Under the pieces are notes generated by a model that searched no databases, was not told the DNA's origin, and saw nothing but the letters and a program-made list of their open reading frames with translations. DNA of 62,311 bases, filler included. It is 5 parts of 5 records of this genome, joined end to end, with 100 filler letters (N's around TTAATTAATTAA, not from the genome) between each part and the next. Parts side by side here need not be neighbours in the genome. Positions count along the whole stretch, not along the records: positions 9,878 to 25,816 come from DRR723986_5747; 4 more parts are not named here. One strand, given 5' to 3'. Of the stretch, positions 10,891 to 20,618 are shown piece after piece. Within the stretch, counting starts at the first letter, position 1; each line of letters opens with the position of its first letter. A program made the position numbers and the translations under genes.

Positions 10891-10925
10891 AGAAAGCCGC
10901 CCCATTGGGCGGCTTTCTTGTTTTT
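10891..10925. terminator. Intrinsic terminator between convergent genes, possibly bidirectional
   Basis: AGAAAGCCGCCC-catt-GGGCGGCTTTCT followed by a T-run. Confidence 0.85.
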
Positions 10926-10943
10926 GGGATCATGCACATGATG

Positions 10944-11378
10944 CTATTCCGGCATCACGACCAATTGCGGTTCCCCATCCGAGGTTTTGCGCGTTGATCG
11001 GCCATCCCAGCCGATTTCGCCACTCACCCGCTGACGGAACGACGAAAAGCTATCGAATTTCACCACATCCACCGGCTGGTCAAAATGCAGCGTAATACGG
11101 CGGTGCGAACCATCGGCAATGTTCGACAACGCGCGAACTTCACCCACAAACGGTTGACCCAGATAGCGCCCGCGCACCCGGTCCCCAACCCGCAACAACA
11201 GCTTGTTCCCAGCCATCGCGTGCAATGTGTTCCAGTCCCGCACGCCGTGCTGGGTCGCAACCAGCTCAAGCGAGTCGCTATGGCTTAGCTGAACGCCAGT
11301 GCCACGCAGTTTTTCCCGCAGACGTTTTGCCTGCGCTTTCAGCTCCGTCACCGGAGCGATATTTTGAATACTCATCAT
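10944..11378 (-). CDS. 'Glyoxalase superfamily' protein (Glyoxalase_8-like helical N-domain plus beta-rich C-domain)
   Basis: N-terminal LKAQAKRLR...LSHSDSLELVATQHGVRDWNTL is the signature of this family. ATG 11378 or 11375 follows GAGG. Confidence 0.8.
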   Translation of the reverse strand: MMSIQNIAPVTELKAQAKRLREKLRGTGVQLSHSDSLELVATQHGVRDWNTLHAMAGNKLLLRVGDRVRGRYLGQPFVGEVRALSNIADGSHRRITLHFDQPVDVVKFDSFSSFRQRVSGEIGWDGRSTRKTSDGEPQLVVMPE

Positions 11379-11425
11379 CCTTTGCCTCGTTTCTTTCAAA
11401 CGGACACGCGAATAAAATGGACGGG

Positions 11426-11528
11426 GCTCGCATTGCCACCCGGGCGCGCCGTGAAAGGGGCGTCAGATGTATCAAACAGGGTTTCACCAAAGCCAAATGG
11501 CCGCGAGCGGCAGGGGACCCAAACCTGA
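11426..11528 (-). ncRNA. Candidate structured 5'-leader RNA (nested three-helix stem)
   Basis: Minus-strand pairings: GCUCGC/GCGAGC (11503-11508 with 11426-11431), GCCAUUUGG/CCGGGUGGC (11493-11501 with 11435-11443), GUGAAA/UUUCAC (11482-11487 with 11451-11456). Lies between the promoter and the RBS. Confidence 0.6.
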
Positions 11529-11534
11529 GCCCGT

Positions 11535-11563
11535 GATCTAGGAACCCGCTTGGCGTCTGTCAA
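11535..11563 (-). promoter_or_regulatory. Sigma70-type promoter
   Basis: TTGACA (11563-11558), 17-nt spacer, TAGATC (11540-11535). A -10 box lacking the final T is common in Rhodobacteraceae. Confidence 0.75.
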
Positions 11564-11635
11564 CCACCTGCGCTGGTCATGCTGGGTCAGAGCGCCTAAA
11601 CAGACACAGCGACCACATCACAAGGATTGCCAGCA

Positions 11636-12481
11636 ATGATCATCACCCGCCTGCATGGCCGTCTCGGAAATCAGATGTTCCAATACGCCGCCGCCGCTGG
11701 TCTTGCGGCCCGTCGCAACACGCAGGTCGCGTTGGATTCCCGTGGGGCCATTTCCCGGGGCGAGGGTGTGTTGACTCGCGTGTTTGATCTCTCGCTTGTG
11801 GACCCGGCCCCCCTGCCCCCGCTCAAATCCGAAGCCCCGGTGCGCTATGCCCTGTGGCGCAGCAGCGGCAAGGCTCCCAAGTTTCGCCGCGAACAGGGTT
11901 TGGGCTATAACCCCGGCATCGCTGGATACGCCGACGGCAGCTATCTGCATGGCTATTGGCAATCCGAACAGTACTTCACCCAGATCGCCGACCAGATCCG
12001 CAGCGATTTTACCTTTCCCGACTTCACCAACACCCAGAATGCTGAAATGGCGGACCGCATCGCCAACAGCACCGCCATCTCATTGCATGTGCGGCGTGGC
12101 GATTACCTGACGCTGGGCGCGCATGTTCTGTGTGATCAGGCGTATTACGAGGCGGCGCTGGCGCAGGTTCTGGATGGGCTGCCCGGAACGCCCACGGTCT
12201 ATGTCTTTTCCGATGATCCACAATGGGCCAAGGACAACCTGCCCTTGCCCGTCGAAAAGGTGGTTGTTGATTTCAACGGGGCCGACACCGATTTCGAAGA
12301 CATGCGCCTGATGACCCTGTGCCAGCACAACATCATCGGAAATTCTTCGTTCTCTTGGTGGGCGGCATGGTTGAACCAAAACGCGCAGAAACGCGTCGCA
12401 GGCCCGGCCAAGTGGTTCGGGGATCCCAAACTGGTGAACCCCGACATCCTGCCCCCCAACTGGCTATCCGTCAGCGTTTAG
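11636..12481 (+). CDS. Alpha-1,2-fucosyltransferase (GT11)
   Basis: GRLGNQMFQYA, GYWQSEQYF, HVRRGDY, FSDDPQW, NSSFSWWAAWL. Confidence 0.93.
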   Translation: MIITRLHGRLGNQMFQYAAAAGLAARRNTQVALDSRGAISRGEGVLTRVFDLSLVDPAPLPPLKSEAPVRYALWRSSGKAPKFRREQGLGYNPGIAGYADGSYLHGYWQSEQYFTQIADQIRSDFTFPDFTNTQNAEMADRIANSTAISLHVRRGDYLTLGAHVLCDQAYYEAALAQVLDGLPGTPTVYVFSDDPQWAKDNLPLPVEKVVVDFNGADTDFEDMRLMTLCQHNIIGNSSFSWWAAWLNQNAQKRVAGPAKWFGDPKLVNPDILPPNWLSVSV

Positions 12482-13125
12482 AAATCAGCCGGAGCACGGA
12501 ATTTCAACGCAGCACCCCCATCGGGGTGCTTCAGGCGTAATTCTTCGGAATGTAACATCATCCGTGGGAAATCCCGGGCCGGGCCTTCGGCATAAAACGG
12601 GTCGCCTAGAATGGGGTGACCCAGCGCCAACATATGCACACGCAACTGATGGGTGCGCCCGGTTTGGGGCATCAGCCGAACCCGCGTTGACTCCTCATCG
12701 TACCGCGCGACACGCCAATCGGTGTGCGCTTTCTTGCCTGTCTCGTGACACACCATCTGACGCGGGCGATTGGGCCAGTCGACGATCAGGGGCAAGTCGA
12801 TTGTCCCTGTCTTGGGCTCTAAACGCCCCCAAACCTGCGCGATATAGGTCTTTTTCGTGTATCGTTTCTCAAACTGCAGCCCCAGATGGCGCTGCGCATG
12901 TGGGGTCTGGGCAAACACCATCACCCCGGATGTATCCCGGTCCAGCCGGTGCACCAGCAATGCTCCGGGAAACGCCGCCGCCACGCGGGTCATCAGGCAA
13001 TCGGCCAGATGCGCGCCCTTGCCCGGAACCGACAACAAACCGGCAGGCTTGTTCACGATAATCAGCTGCGCATCTTCGTGCAGCACGTCCAGTGGGGTTT
13101 GGGGCGGGTTATAATCATCACTCAT
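12478..13125 (-). CDS. rluA: RluA-family pseudouridine synthase
   Basis: VNKPAGLLSVPG, HRLDRDTSG, TGRTHQLRVH, ILGDPFY. Confidence 0.92.
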   Translation of the reverse strand: MSDDYNPPQTPLDVLHEDAQLIIVNKPAGLLSVPGKGAHLADCLMTRVAAAFPGALLVHRLDRDTSGVMVFAQTPHAQRHLGLQFEKRYTKKTYIAQVWGRLEPKTGTIDLPLIVDWPNRPRQMVCHETGKKAHTDWRVARYDEESTRVRLMPQTGRTHQLRVHMLALGHPILGDPFYAEGPARDFPRMMLHSEELRLKHPDGGAALKFRAPADF

Positions 13126-13232
13126 GCGCGCCTGCCTACAGCGCTTGCGCGGTTCCCGCAACGTCGTCCTTGCCGTGCTAGCACACAACAGCAAAGCTAC
13201 GGTCAAGTTGAGACTAAGGGAGAGAAAGACAC

Positions 13233-13643
13233 ATGCACCCCACGATCACCAAAATGCAGGAAGTTGTTGCCAAGGGCGACGAAACCCTCATTCACGACCT
13301 GCTGGCCGATGATGTAAAATTCATGCCACCGACCTATTACAAAACATGGACAGGTCGCGACCCGGTGGCCGCTGTTCTGGGGCACGTGGGCAAGGTGTTC
13401 AGCGATTTCAAATATCGCCGCGTTATGGGCGACGGCAAAGACTGGGCGCTGGAATTTCAGTGCAAGGTTGGCGATCTGGATGCGGTCGGCGTTGATTTGA
13501 TCACCCTGAACGACGATGGGCTGATCGAAACGTTCGAGGTTGTGATGCGCCCCTATAAAACCATTGGCGCCCTGCGCGATGCGATGAACGCCCGTGTGAT
13601 GACAGATGCGCGGTTCCTCAAGTTCCGCGAAGCGCTATCCTGA
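13233..13643 (+). CDS. SnoaL/NTF2-like protein
   Basis: LLADDVKF, GRDPV, GVDLITLNDDGLI, VVMRP pattern. Confidence 0.82.
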   Translation: MHPTITKMQEVVAKGDETLIHDLLADDVKFMPPTYYKTWTGRDPVAAVLGHVGKVFSDFKYRRVMGDGKDWALEFQCKVGDLDAVGVDLITLNDDGLIETFEVVMRPYKTIGALRDAMNARVMTDARFLKFREALS

Positions 13644-13649
13644 CCTTAG

Positions 13650-14360
13650 ATGATAGCCGTTGATCAAATCCTGCGTGTGCCATTGCTGCCTGTATTGGCC
13701 GCGCAGGGTCTGTTGGTCCGTCGCAAGGCGCAACTGCTGCCTGAACCCGTCGGCGCACGTCATGGGCAATCCGGCAGCGGGCCGGAATTGCGACTGCTGA
13801 TTGCGGGTGACAGCTCGGCCGCTGGTGTTGGGGCGCAAACCCAAGACACCGCGCTCAGCGGGCAGCTGGTGACCCATCTGGCCCCGCATTTTTCCGTTGA
13901 TTGGCGGTTAGAGGCCACAACCGGGCACATCACCCCCGACACCATCGCCCGGCTACAGGATCTCCCCCCACAACAGTTTGACGTGGTGGTCTTTGCGCTT
14001 GGCGTCAACGATGTCACCCGCGCCACCACATCGGGTCAGTTTTACCAGCGGCAAGCCGATCTGATGACCCTTTTGCGGGATCGTTTCACCCCAAGCCTGA
14101 TCCTGACTTCAGGCGTCCCCAAGATGGAGCTGTTCCCCGCTCTACCGCAACCTTTGGCTTGGGTTCTGGGGCAACAGGCGGCCCGGTTGGACCGGGCACA
14201 GGCAAGGCTTGCGGACACAGTGCCAGAACTCCGACGCCTGCCCCTAGATATCCCCGTGGACCCCCGCTTTGCGGCCACAGACGGCTATCACCCCAGCCCG
14301 GCGTTCTATCGCCTCTGGGCGCGGTCGCTTGGCGATCAGATCCTCGCACACCACGCTTAG
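13650..14360 (+). CDS. SGNH/GDSL hydrolase
   Basis: GDSSAAG, GVND, DGYHP. Confidence 0.92.
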   Translation: MIAVDQILRVPLLPVLAAQGLLVRRKAQLLPEPVGARHGQSGSGPELRLLIAGDSSAAGVGAQTQDTALSGQLVTHLAPHFSVDWRLEATTGHITPDTIARLQDLPPQQFDVVVFALGVNDVTRATTSGQFYQRQADLMTLLRDRFTPSLILTSGVPKMELFPALPQPLAWVLGQQAARLDRAQARLADTVPELRRLPLDIPVDPRFAATDGYHPSPAFYRLWARSLGDQILAHHA

Positions 14361-15253
14361 GCAGCGCGGCGCATACCCCGGACCAACGGGATCGAATAAA
14401 TCACCAGCGCGGCCCAGATCATCGGGAATGCGATCATGCGGCCCGTGTCGAACTCTTCGCCAAACACCAACACAGCGACCAGAAAGATCAAGGTCGGAGC
14501 GATGTATTGCAAAATGCCAACGGTCGACAGTCGCAACAGCTTAGCCCCGTTCGCATACAGGATCAGCGGCACAGCCGTCACCAAACCACAGCCAACCAAC
14601 AACGCCGTGTTGTCCAAAGAGGTGGAAAAGTGGCTGTTCCCTGTCATCGCCAGATAGGCCAGATACCCCAATGCCGGTGGCGTCAGGATCAGTACCTCTA
14701 ACAAAAAGCCCTGATTTGGACCAATCGGCAGCGATTTTTTGAAGAACGCATAAAAGCCCCATGTCAACGTCATCCCCAGAGCAGCCCAAGGCAACTTGCC
14801 CGCCTGCAGGATCAAAATGATCACCGCTAATGTCGCCAATCCAATCGCCATCAACTGCGTTCTGCTCAGCCGTTCCCGCAACAAGATCGCGCCCAAGGCC
14901 ACGCTGAACAGGGGATTGATGTAATACCCAAGCGCCGCATCCAACGCATGCCCGGATGCAATCGACCAGACATAAATCCCCCAATTCATGGAAATCAGCG
15001 CCGCCGTCACACAGGCCATACCTAACATGCGTGGGTTCACCAGCGCCGCGCGCAGCTCTTTGGTGCGCCCCAACACGATGAGCAAAATACCGGCAATCGG
15101 CACTGACCAGATCACCCGATGTGCCACAATTTCTGCCGCGGGAATATGCGCCAGCGCTTTCATATAGAGCGGCAGGAACCCCCAGAGCAAATAGGCACTG
15201 ACCGCAAAGGCGAGGCCACGCGGGGAATCAACGTTGTCTGTTGTCTGTACCAT
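14357..15253 (-). CDS. rarD: EamA family transporter RarD
   Basis: AYLLWGFLPLY, HRVIWS, LGYYINPL, GILQYIAPT. Confidence 0.92.
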   Translation of the reverse strand: MVQTTDNVDSPRGLAFAVSAYLLWGFLPLYMKALAHIPAAEIVAHRVIWSVPIAGILLIVLGRTKELRAALVNPRMLGMACVTAALISMNWGIYVWSIASGHALDAALGYYINPLFSVALGAILLRERLSRTQLMAIGLATLAVIILILQAGKLPWAALGMTLTWGFYAFFKKSLPIGPNQGFLLEVLILTPPALGYLAYLAMTGNSHFSTSLDNTALLVGCGLVTAVPLILYANGAKLLRLSTVGILQYIAPTLIFLVAVLVFGEEFDTGRMIAFPMIWAALVIYSIPLVRGMRRAA

Positions 15254-15352
15254 CTGATCCCCTCAAGCGATGCGTTTGGCATGTATGGCAGGTTCCCAAC
15301 CAAAGGAAATTCGATTTCTGTGCGCTGGGGCATCACGGATCGTGATGAGACC

Positions 15353-15679
15353 TCAGGACGCCCCCGTTTCCCCGGCGCGCGGCTCCAGCAATTCGACCTC
15401 GATAAATGAACACTCAAAATCATTTCCGTTGATGACATCATGCTCTGTCCCGATTTCACGGCAATAGGGCACGCCGGTTTTCAATTCGGCCACCATCCGT
15501 TCGCCACCGGGCAGGTCGATCTCCAAAATCCCGTCAAACATCGGGATCACCACATAATCATACTCGTGCCGATGCCAGCCCGTATTATCCCCCCGCTTTG
15601 GGAACCGCCATTCGGTGACACGCACCCGGTCGTTCTCCAATTTCTGCGTTCCAATTGCTGTCCCTGTCGAAGTGCACAT
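15353..15679 (-). CDS. Small cupin (BauB-like)
   Basis: ENDRVRVTEWRF, TGWHRHEYDYVVIP, EHDVIN. Confidence 0.8.
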   Translation of the reverse strand: MCTSTGTAIGTQKLENDRVRVTEWRFPKRGDNTGWHRHEYDYVVIPMFDGILEIDLPGGERMVAELKTGVPYCREIGTEHDVINGNDFECSFIEVELLEPRAGETGAS

Positions 15680-15740
15680 AGCGGGCCTTTTCTTAAAATG
15701 TTGGTGTCCAATTCCGCAGAACCAGACCAAGAATTGGGCA

Positions 15741-15776
15741 AAAAGAAAAGAGCCGCCTCATAAAAAGCGGCTCTTT
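15741..15776 (-). terminator. Intrinsic terminator of the DUF3604 gene
   Basis: AAAGAGCCGC/GCGGCTCTTT stem with a U-tract on the minus strand. Confidence 0.8.
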
Positions 15777-15798
15777 CAGAATTTGTTATTGGGTCGCC

Positions 15799-17757
15799 CT
15801 ATTTCGGCGGCGTATACCAAATTGGCGACGAATAGGCGCGTTCCTGATGGATCAACTGCGCCTCTTTGGGCAGTTCGATGCCAAAACGAACCTTGTCATA
15901 CACCACCCAACGCGGTGTCGGAATTTCCAACACCCGCACGTAATAGAATGCGCGCTCCGCCGCGTCGAAATCTGGATCCACCCAAACACTCAGCAACTCG
16001 GAACTGCCGATGGTGTTGGTCCAGCTCGCCTTTTCCAGATCAACGGTATTGCCCACATCTCCGATGTTTCCATCGGCATCAGCTTCGCGATCCCCGGACC
16101 AGGCCACGTTATAGACCTTTTCCTGCAACGCACCCTCGGAATCCATCCAACCTTTGACCACCTGAATACGGTCCAAATTAGCGCCGATTGGATCACGTAG
16201 GGCAAAGATCAGAAAACTCGGCACGGCTTCGTCCGTGCGTGGGCGCATATCACTGCCCATCGGCACACCCTTGGCATACCCCGCCTCGGCCAATGCACGC
16301 GATCGCAGATCCTCGTCTGTGAATGACCAGCCGCCAAAGAACCGCAACCCAATCCGGGTGCCTGTTGTGGCATAAGTTTCACGCCGCTTGAACGCGTCAA
16401 AGATCGCTTTGCGGGTGTTTTCCTCGGCCCAGACCGCGGTGTAGCCCGACGCGACCAGTTCATACCCTTCGACCCGGCCCAACTCGCTCGCGATAAAGGG
16501 GTGTTCGATCCGCGTTGGCGACGGTTCAACACTGACCGACTTACCAAAAAAGTTATCCTCTTCGGCAGTTGCCAATGACGTATGGCTGTCTGTCGCCCCG
16601 CCAAAACCAAACTTATAAGGGTTGATGCCGAATTCTTCTTCTAACGCCAAACCTTGTTTCAAAGCTTCGCGCGCATACTCCCCTTTCAGCATCTCATCGG
16701 TCTTAAGCTCGGTCAGGTCCAGATTGCCCTTGTCCCAGTTTTCATAATCCGCAAACGAATCCTCGGGGCTGAGGAATGGATGCGCCTCGCCGTCCCCTTT
16801 GATCTGGGTGACCTCGTAATGGGGCTCCCACTTGGCCCGCTGGCGCACGTAATCCTCATCCACGACGCCGCCGTGATAAGTATCTTTGGTCGGGAACATC
16901 CACCCATTCGACAAGTTCCCATTATGGGAAAAGGCCACGGCCCGTCCGCCAGTTTTTTCCTGATACGCCTCAAGCCACTTGTACAGCTCCAGCGGATCGG
17001 TTGACCCATAGGGCGGTTGCGTTACAGGCGGAACAACCTGCAAGGCCCGCGACGGACCATCACGCAACATCACGTTGCGATGCAAATTGAACCCCTTGGG
17101 AACCGAGGTCCATTCGAACCCAATAAACGCCGTGAATTCACCCGGATCATTGGCGCGCTCGGCGGCCTCGACGATTTCTTCCCACACAAAGGCAAACGCA
17201 TCTGAACCCGGGCTATATGCCTCTAGCAACGCTTCAGGCAGGGTCATTTGTGCAAAATTGGTGATCAGATCAAACGCAGATTTCCCAGCCGCCTCACCAC
17301 CCTTTTTGTAGCCTTCGTGCCATTCCCGTCCTTTCGGATCTGCAAGAACTGCGGGCGCACCAGCCTGCAAATCAGGTGCAAACCCCATCAAATCGGTGTG
17401 GTCCGTCAACACCATCCAGTCCAAAGGACGGCTCAGCTTGACCGGCAGCCCCGTGGACGAAATGACTTTCTTACCCTTGGCAAAATCCCAAGCCGTATTC
17501 GGCCCTAAGATATTCCCAAAGGCACCCGCATCCAGCGACAGGCTGGTGTGCAAATGGGTTTCCCCCCACAAAGGCCGAATTGGAATGGCGCGATTGGCAT
17601 AGGGTGAATAGGCCTCAGCTGGGAATGCGCTGGCGGCGGATTCTTCGGTCGTTACGATCTGACTCACAGAAACGGATGGGTACACTATGGCAGCGATTGG
17701 AATAGCCCACAGGGCTGACTTGGATAGATAACTTGAGTTGCGCTTGGCCTTCATCAT
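15799..17757 (-). CDS. DUF3604 secreted PHP-like metallohydrolase
   Basis: Signal-peptide-like N-terminus; [50 protein letters not shown]. Confidence 0.85.
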   Translation of the reverse strand: MMKAKRNSSYLSKSALWAIPIAAIVYPSVSVSQIVTTEESAASAFPAEAYSPYANRAIPIRPLWGETHLHTSLSLDAGAFGNILGPNTAWDFAKGKKVISSTGLPVKLSRPLDWMVLTDHTDLMGFAPDLQAGAPAVLADPKGREWHEGYKKGGEAAGKSAFDLITNFAQMTLPEALLEAYSPGSDAFAFVWEEIVEAAERANDPGEFTAFIGFEWTSVPKGFNLHRNVMLRDGPSRALQVVPPVTQPPYGSTDPLELYKWLEAYQEKTGGRAVAFSHNGNLSNGWMFPTKDTYHGGVVDEDYVRQRAKWEPHYEVTQIKGDGEAHPFLSPEDSFADYENWDKGNLDLTELKTDEMLKGEYAREALKQGLALEEEFGINPYKFGFGGATDSHTSLATAEEDNFFGKSVSVEPSPTRIEHPFIASELGRVEGYELVASGYTAVWAEENTRKAIFDAFKRRETYATTGTRIGLRFFGGWSFTDEDLRSRALAEAGYAKGVPMGSDMRPRTDEAVPSFLIFALRDPIGANLDRIQVVKGWMDSEGALQEKVYNVAWSGDREADADGNIGDVGNTVDLEKASWTNTIGSSELLSVWVDPDFDAAERAFYYVRVLEIPTPRWVVYDKVRFGIELPKEAQLIHQERAYSSPIWYTPPK

Positions 17758-18016
17758 TAAATCTCCCCTCGTAAATATCGCAGCAAATTCAAATCATTGA
17801 TGACCTGAAATCGCCCACAAAAATTACGGAAGACGAACAAGAATTTGCTGGAACATATGCATAGTTTCCTATTTGAAACTCTGACTTGTCAACATTCTTG
17901 TGATCCGACCGACTACATCGAAGTATGAATTTGAGACAAATCAGACGCGCGCGCATTCCAGAACCTGAGATTTAGCACATACTACCCCACTCTCTTTTTT
18001 GGCGATCTGCAGAACA

Positions 18017-18050
18017 TAAAAGGCGAGATAGGTTGCCCTACCCCGCCTTT
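18017..18050 (-). terminator. Terminator hairpin after the GcvT-family gene
   Basis: Minus strand AAAGGCGGGGTAGG-gcaa-CCTATCTCGCCTTT. GNRA loop, and the G-U pairs form only on this strand. Confidence 0.75.
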
Positions 18051-18077
18051 CTAATCTGTCTCTATGTACAGGTAGCC

Positions 18078-20528
18078 TTAAACCTTCACGCGCTCCGATT
18101 TGGGATCATACATCGGCTTTAGCAACGCCTCGGCTTTGACACGGGTGCCCATGACGTCGATTTCATAGGTCGATCCCAATACATCAGCTGGCTTTTCACC
18201 AGGACAAGGCACATAGCCCAAGCCCATCGCGCCGCCCAGATGGTGACCATAAGCCCCCGAGCTGAGGAAGCCGACAATCTCTCCATCCCGCAAAATCGGC
18301 TCGTTGTGATACAACAGCGGTTCGGGATCGGTCAGTTTGAACTGCACCAGACGGCTTTGCAGCCCGGTTTCTTTTTTGCGCAGCACCGCGTCACGACCAA
18401 TGAAGTCCGCCTTATCGGTCTTAACCGCAAACCCCAGACCCGCCTCAAGCACGTGATCCTCAGAGGTGATGTCGTGACCAAAGTGGCGGAACCCCTTTTC
18501 GATCCGGCAGGTGTCCATCATGTGCATGCCGCACAGCTTCATGCCCAGATCCTGACCCGCCTCATGCAGCGTTTCAAACGCATGGCCAGCCATGTCGGAT
18601 GAGACATAGATCTCCCACCCCAATTCGCCCACGTAAGTCACGCGATGCACACGCGCCAACCCCATGCCCAACTCGATCTCTTGCGCTGTACCGAATGGAT
18701 TTGCCTCGTTTGAGAAATCATTGGGCGACACAAGGTTCATCAGCTCGCGCGCCTTGGGGCCCATCACCGCCAAGACACCTTCGCCGGCGGTCACGTCGGT
18801 GATCACCACATTGAAATTGCCCTGATTGCGGCGCATCCATGTTTCATCGGCCAAACGTGTCGCCGCTGGTGTCACCACCAGATAGGCGGTTTCCGACATG
18901 CGGGTCACGGTCACATCCGCCTCGATCCCGGCGCGCGAATTCAGGAACTGTGTGTAGACGATCTTGCCCACGGGCACATCATACTGACCACCACCCACAT
19001 AGTTCATAAAGGCAACCGCATCCGGCCCTTCGACCCGGATTTTACCAAAGGACGACATGTCATACATGCCCACATTGGTCCGAACCGCGGTGTGCTCTTC
19101 GGCAACGTTGTCGAAAAAGTTCTGACGTTTCCAGCTGTATTCGTATTCGGCTTTTTGACCGTCCCGCGCGAACCAGTTCGCCCGTTCCCAGCCTGCCAAT
19201 TCCCCAAATACACCACCCTGACCTTTCAGGTGTTCATGGAATGGTGTCCGGCGCACCCCGCGCGACGTGGCTTTTTGCCGATACGGGAAATGATCCGCAT
19301 AAAGCAGCCCCAACGTTTCCGAGGCGCGTTCGACCAGATAGGATTTGTTGCCTTGGAACGGCTGCATCCGGCTGATGTCCACATCGCCCAGATCGAATGG
19401 CTTTTCGCCATCATCCATCCATTCAGCAAGCGCCATACCCGCGCCGCCCGCCGACTGAATCCCGATCGAGTTAAACCCGGCAGCAACCCAAACGTTGTCC
19501 ATATCGGGCGCGAGACCCAAATGATACGCATCATCCGGCGTGAACGATTCAGGACCGTTAAAGAAGGTGTGAATACCCGCTTCGCCCAGCATCGGAACCC
19601 GGTTACAGGCGGCCTCCAAAATGGGTTCAAAGTGATCGAAATCTTCGGGCAACTGGTCAAATTCAAAACTGTCCGAAATGCCGTTCATGCCCCAAGGTTT
19701 GGATTTCGGCTCAAACGCGCCCAACAGGATCTTACCCGCATCTTCTTTGTAATAGGCGCACTCATCGGGCACCCGCAGCACAGGCATCTGCGTCAGACCC
19801 TGAATTGCCTCGGTCACGATATAGAAATGTTCGCAGGCTTGCAGCGGCACGCTCACACCGGCCATCTTGCCAACTTCGTGGCCCCACATGCCAGCACAAT
19901 TCACGATCATATCGCACTCGATGTGACCCTGTTCAGCCCCATCATCGCTGATCCAATCCACACCTGTAACCTTGCGGCCTTGTTTGGCGATGTTTGTGAC
20001 CTTGATCCGTTCTTTGACAACCGCGCCACGCTGGCGGGCGCCTTTGGCCAAAGCCAGCGCGATGTTCGCCGGATCACCCTGACCATCCAACGGCAGATAC
20101 ACACCGGCGGTGACATCGTCGATATTCAGATGCTCGTATTTGGCTTTGACTTCGGCGGGCGAAATCTCTTCGACCTCAACACCAAAGGCGCGCGCCATGG
20201 CGGCTTGGCGGAAAATCTCTTCCTTACGCTCTTCGGTCAAAGCGACTGTGATCGATCCACACCGTTTGAAGCCCGTGGCAACGCCCGTTTCGGCCTCAAG
20301 ACCCCCGTACAATTCTTGCGAATACTTGGCCAGTTTGGTCATGTTTGCAGTTGCGCGCAGCTGCGCGATCAATCCCGCTGCGTGCCAAGTTGTGCCCGAC
20401 GTCAGCTGCTTGCGTTCCAGCAGCACAACATCCTTCCACCCCTTTTTGGTCAGGTGGTACGCCACCGAACACCCAACCACACCACCACCGATAATGACCA
20501 CACGGGCCTTGTTGGGTAGATCAGCCAT
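18078..20528 (-). CDS. Sarcosine/dimethylglycine dehydrogenase-like FAD oxidoreductase with GcvT domains
   Basis: IIGGGVVG, LTSGTTWHAAG, GPESFTPD, GWERANWF, RIEKG. Confidence 0.9.
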   Translation of the reverse strand: MADLPNKARVVIIGGGVVGCSVAYHLTKKGWKDVVLLERKQLTSGTTWHAAGLIAQLRATANMTKLAKYSQELYGGLEAETGVATGFKRCGSITVALTEERKEEIFRQAAMARAFGVEVEEISPAEVKAKYEHLNIDDVTAGVYLPLDGQGDPANIALALAKGARQRGAVVKERIKVTNIAKQGRKVTGVDWISDDGAEQGHIECDMIVNCAGMWGHEVGKMAGVSVPLQACEHFYIVTEAIQGLTQMPVLRVPDECAYYKEDAGKILLGAFEPKSKPWGMNGISDSFEFDQLPEDFDHFEPILEAACNRVPMLGEAGIHTFFNGPESFTPDDAYHLGLAPDMDNVWVAAGFNSIGIQSAGGAGMALAEWMDDGEKPFDLGDVDISRMQPFQGNKSYLVERASETLGLLYADHFPYRQKATSRGVRRTPFHEHLKGQGGVFGELAGWERANWFARDGQKAEYEYSWKRQNFFDNVAEEHTAVRTNVGMYDMSSFGKIRVEGPDAVAFMNYVGGGQYDVPVGKIVYTQFLNSRAGIEADVTVTRMSETAYLVVTPAATRLADETWMRRNQGNFNVVITDVTAGEGVLAVMGPKARELMNLVSPNDFSNEANPFGTAQEIELGMGLARVHRVTYVGELGWEIYVSSDMAGHAFETLHEAGQDLGMKLCGMHMMDTCRIEKGFRHFGHDITSEDHVLEAGLGFAVKTDKADFIGRDAVLRKKETGLQSRLVQFKLTDPEPLLYHNEPILRDGEIVGFLSSGAYGHHLGGAMGLGYVPCPGEKPADVLGSTYEIDVMGTRVKAEALLKPMYDPKSERVKV

Positions 20529-20618
20529 TATCTTATCTCCGAATCTTGCAAAGTTGCACGATCCTGCCACGGAGAGGCGACAGCAAAAGCACCAAAAACG
20601 TCAATAATGACTAGGAAA

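Noticed and set aside
15353-15679. Cupin as a DMSP lyase (DddW/DddQ/DddK)
   Set aside because: Motifs (VRVTEWRF, GWHRH..DYVVIP) fit the BauB-like small cupins better, and there is no supporting context.
18078-20528. GcvT-family gene as DMSP demethylase DmdA or glycine cleavage T protein
   Set aside because: It is about 816 aa with an N-terminal FAD domain, whereas DmdA and GcvT are single-module proteins under half that size. No glycine riboswitch is visible upstream.
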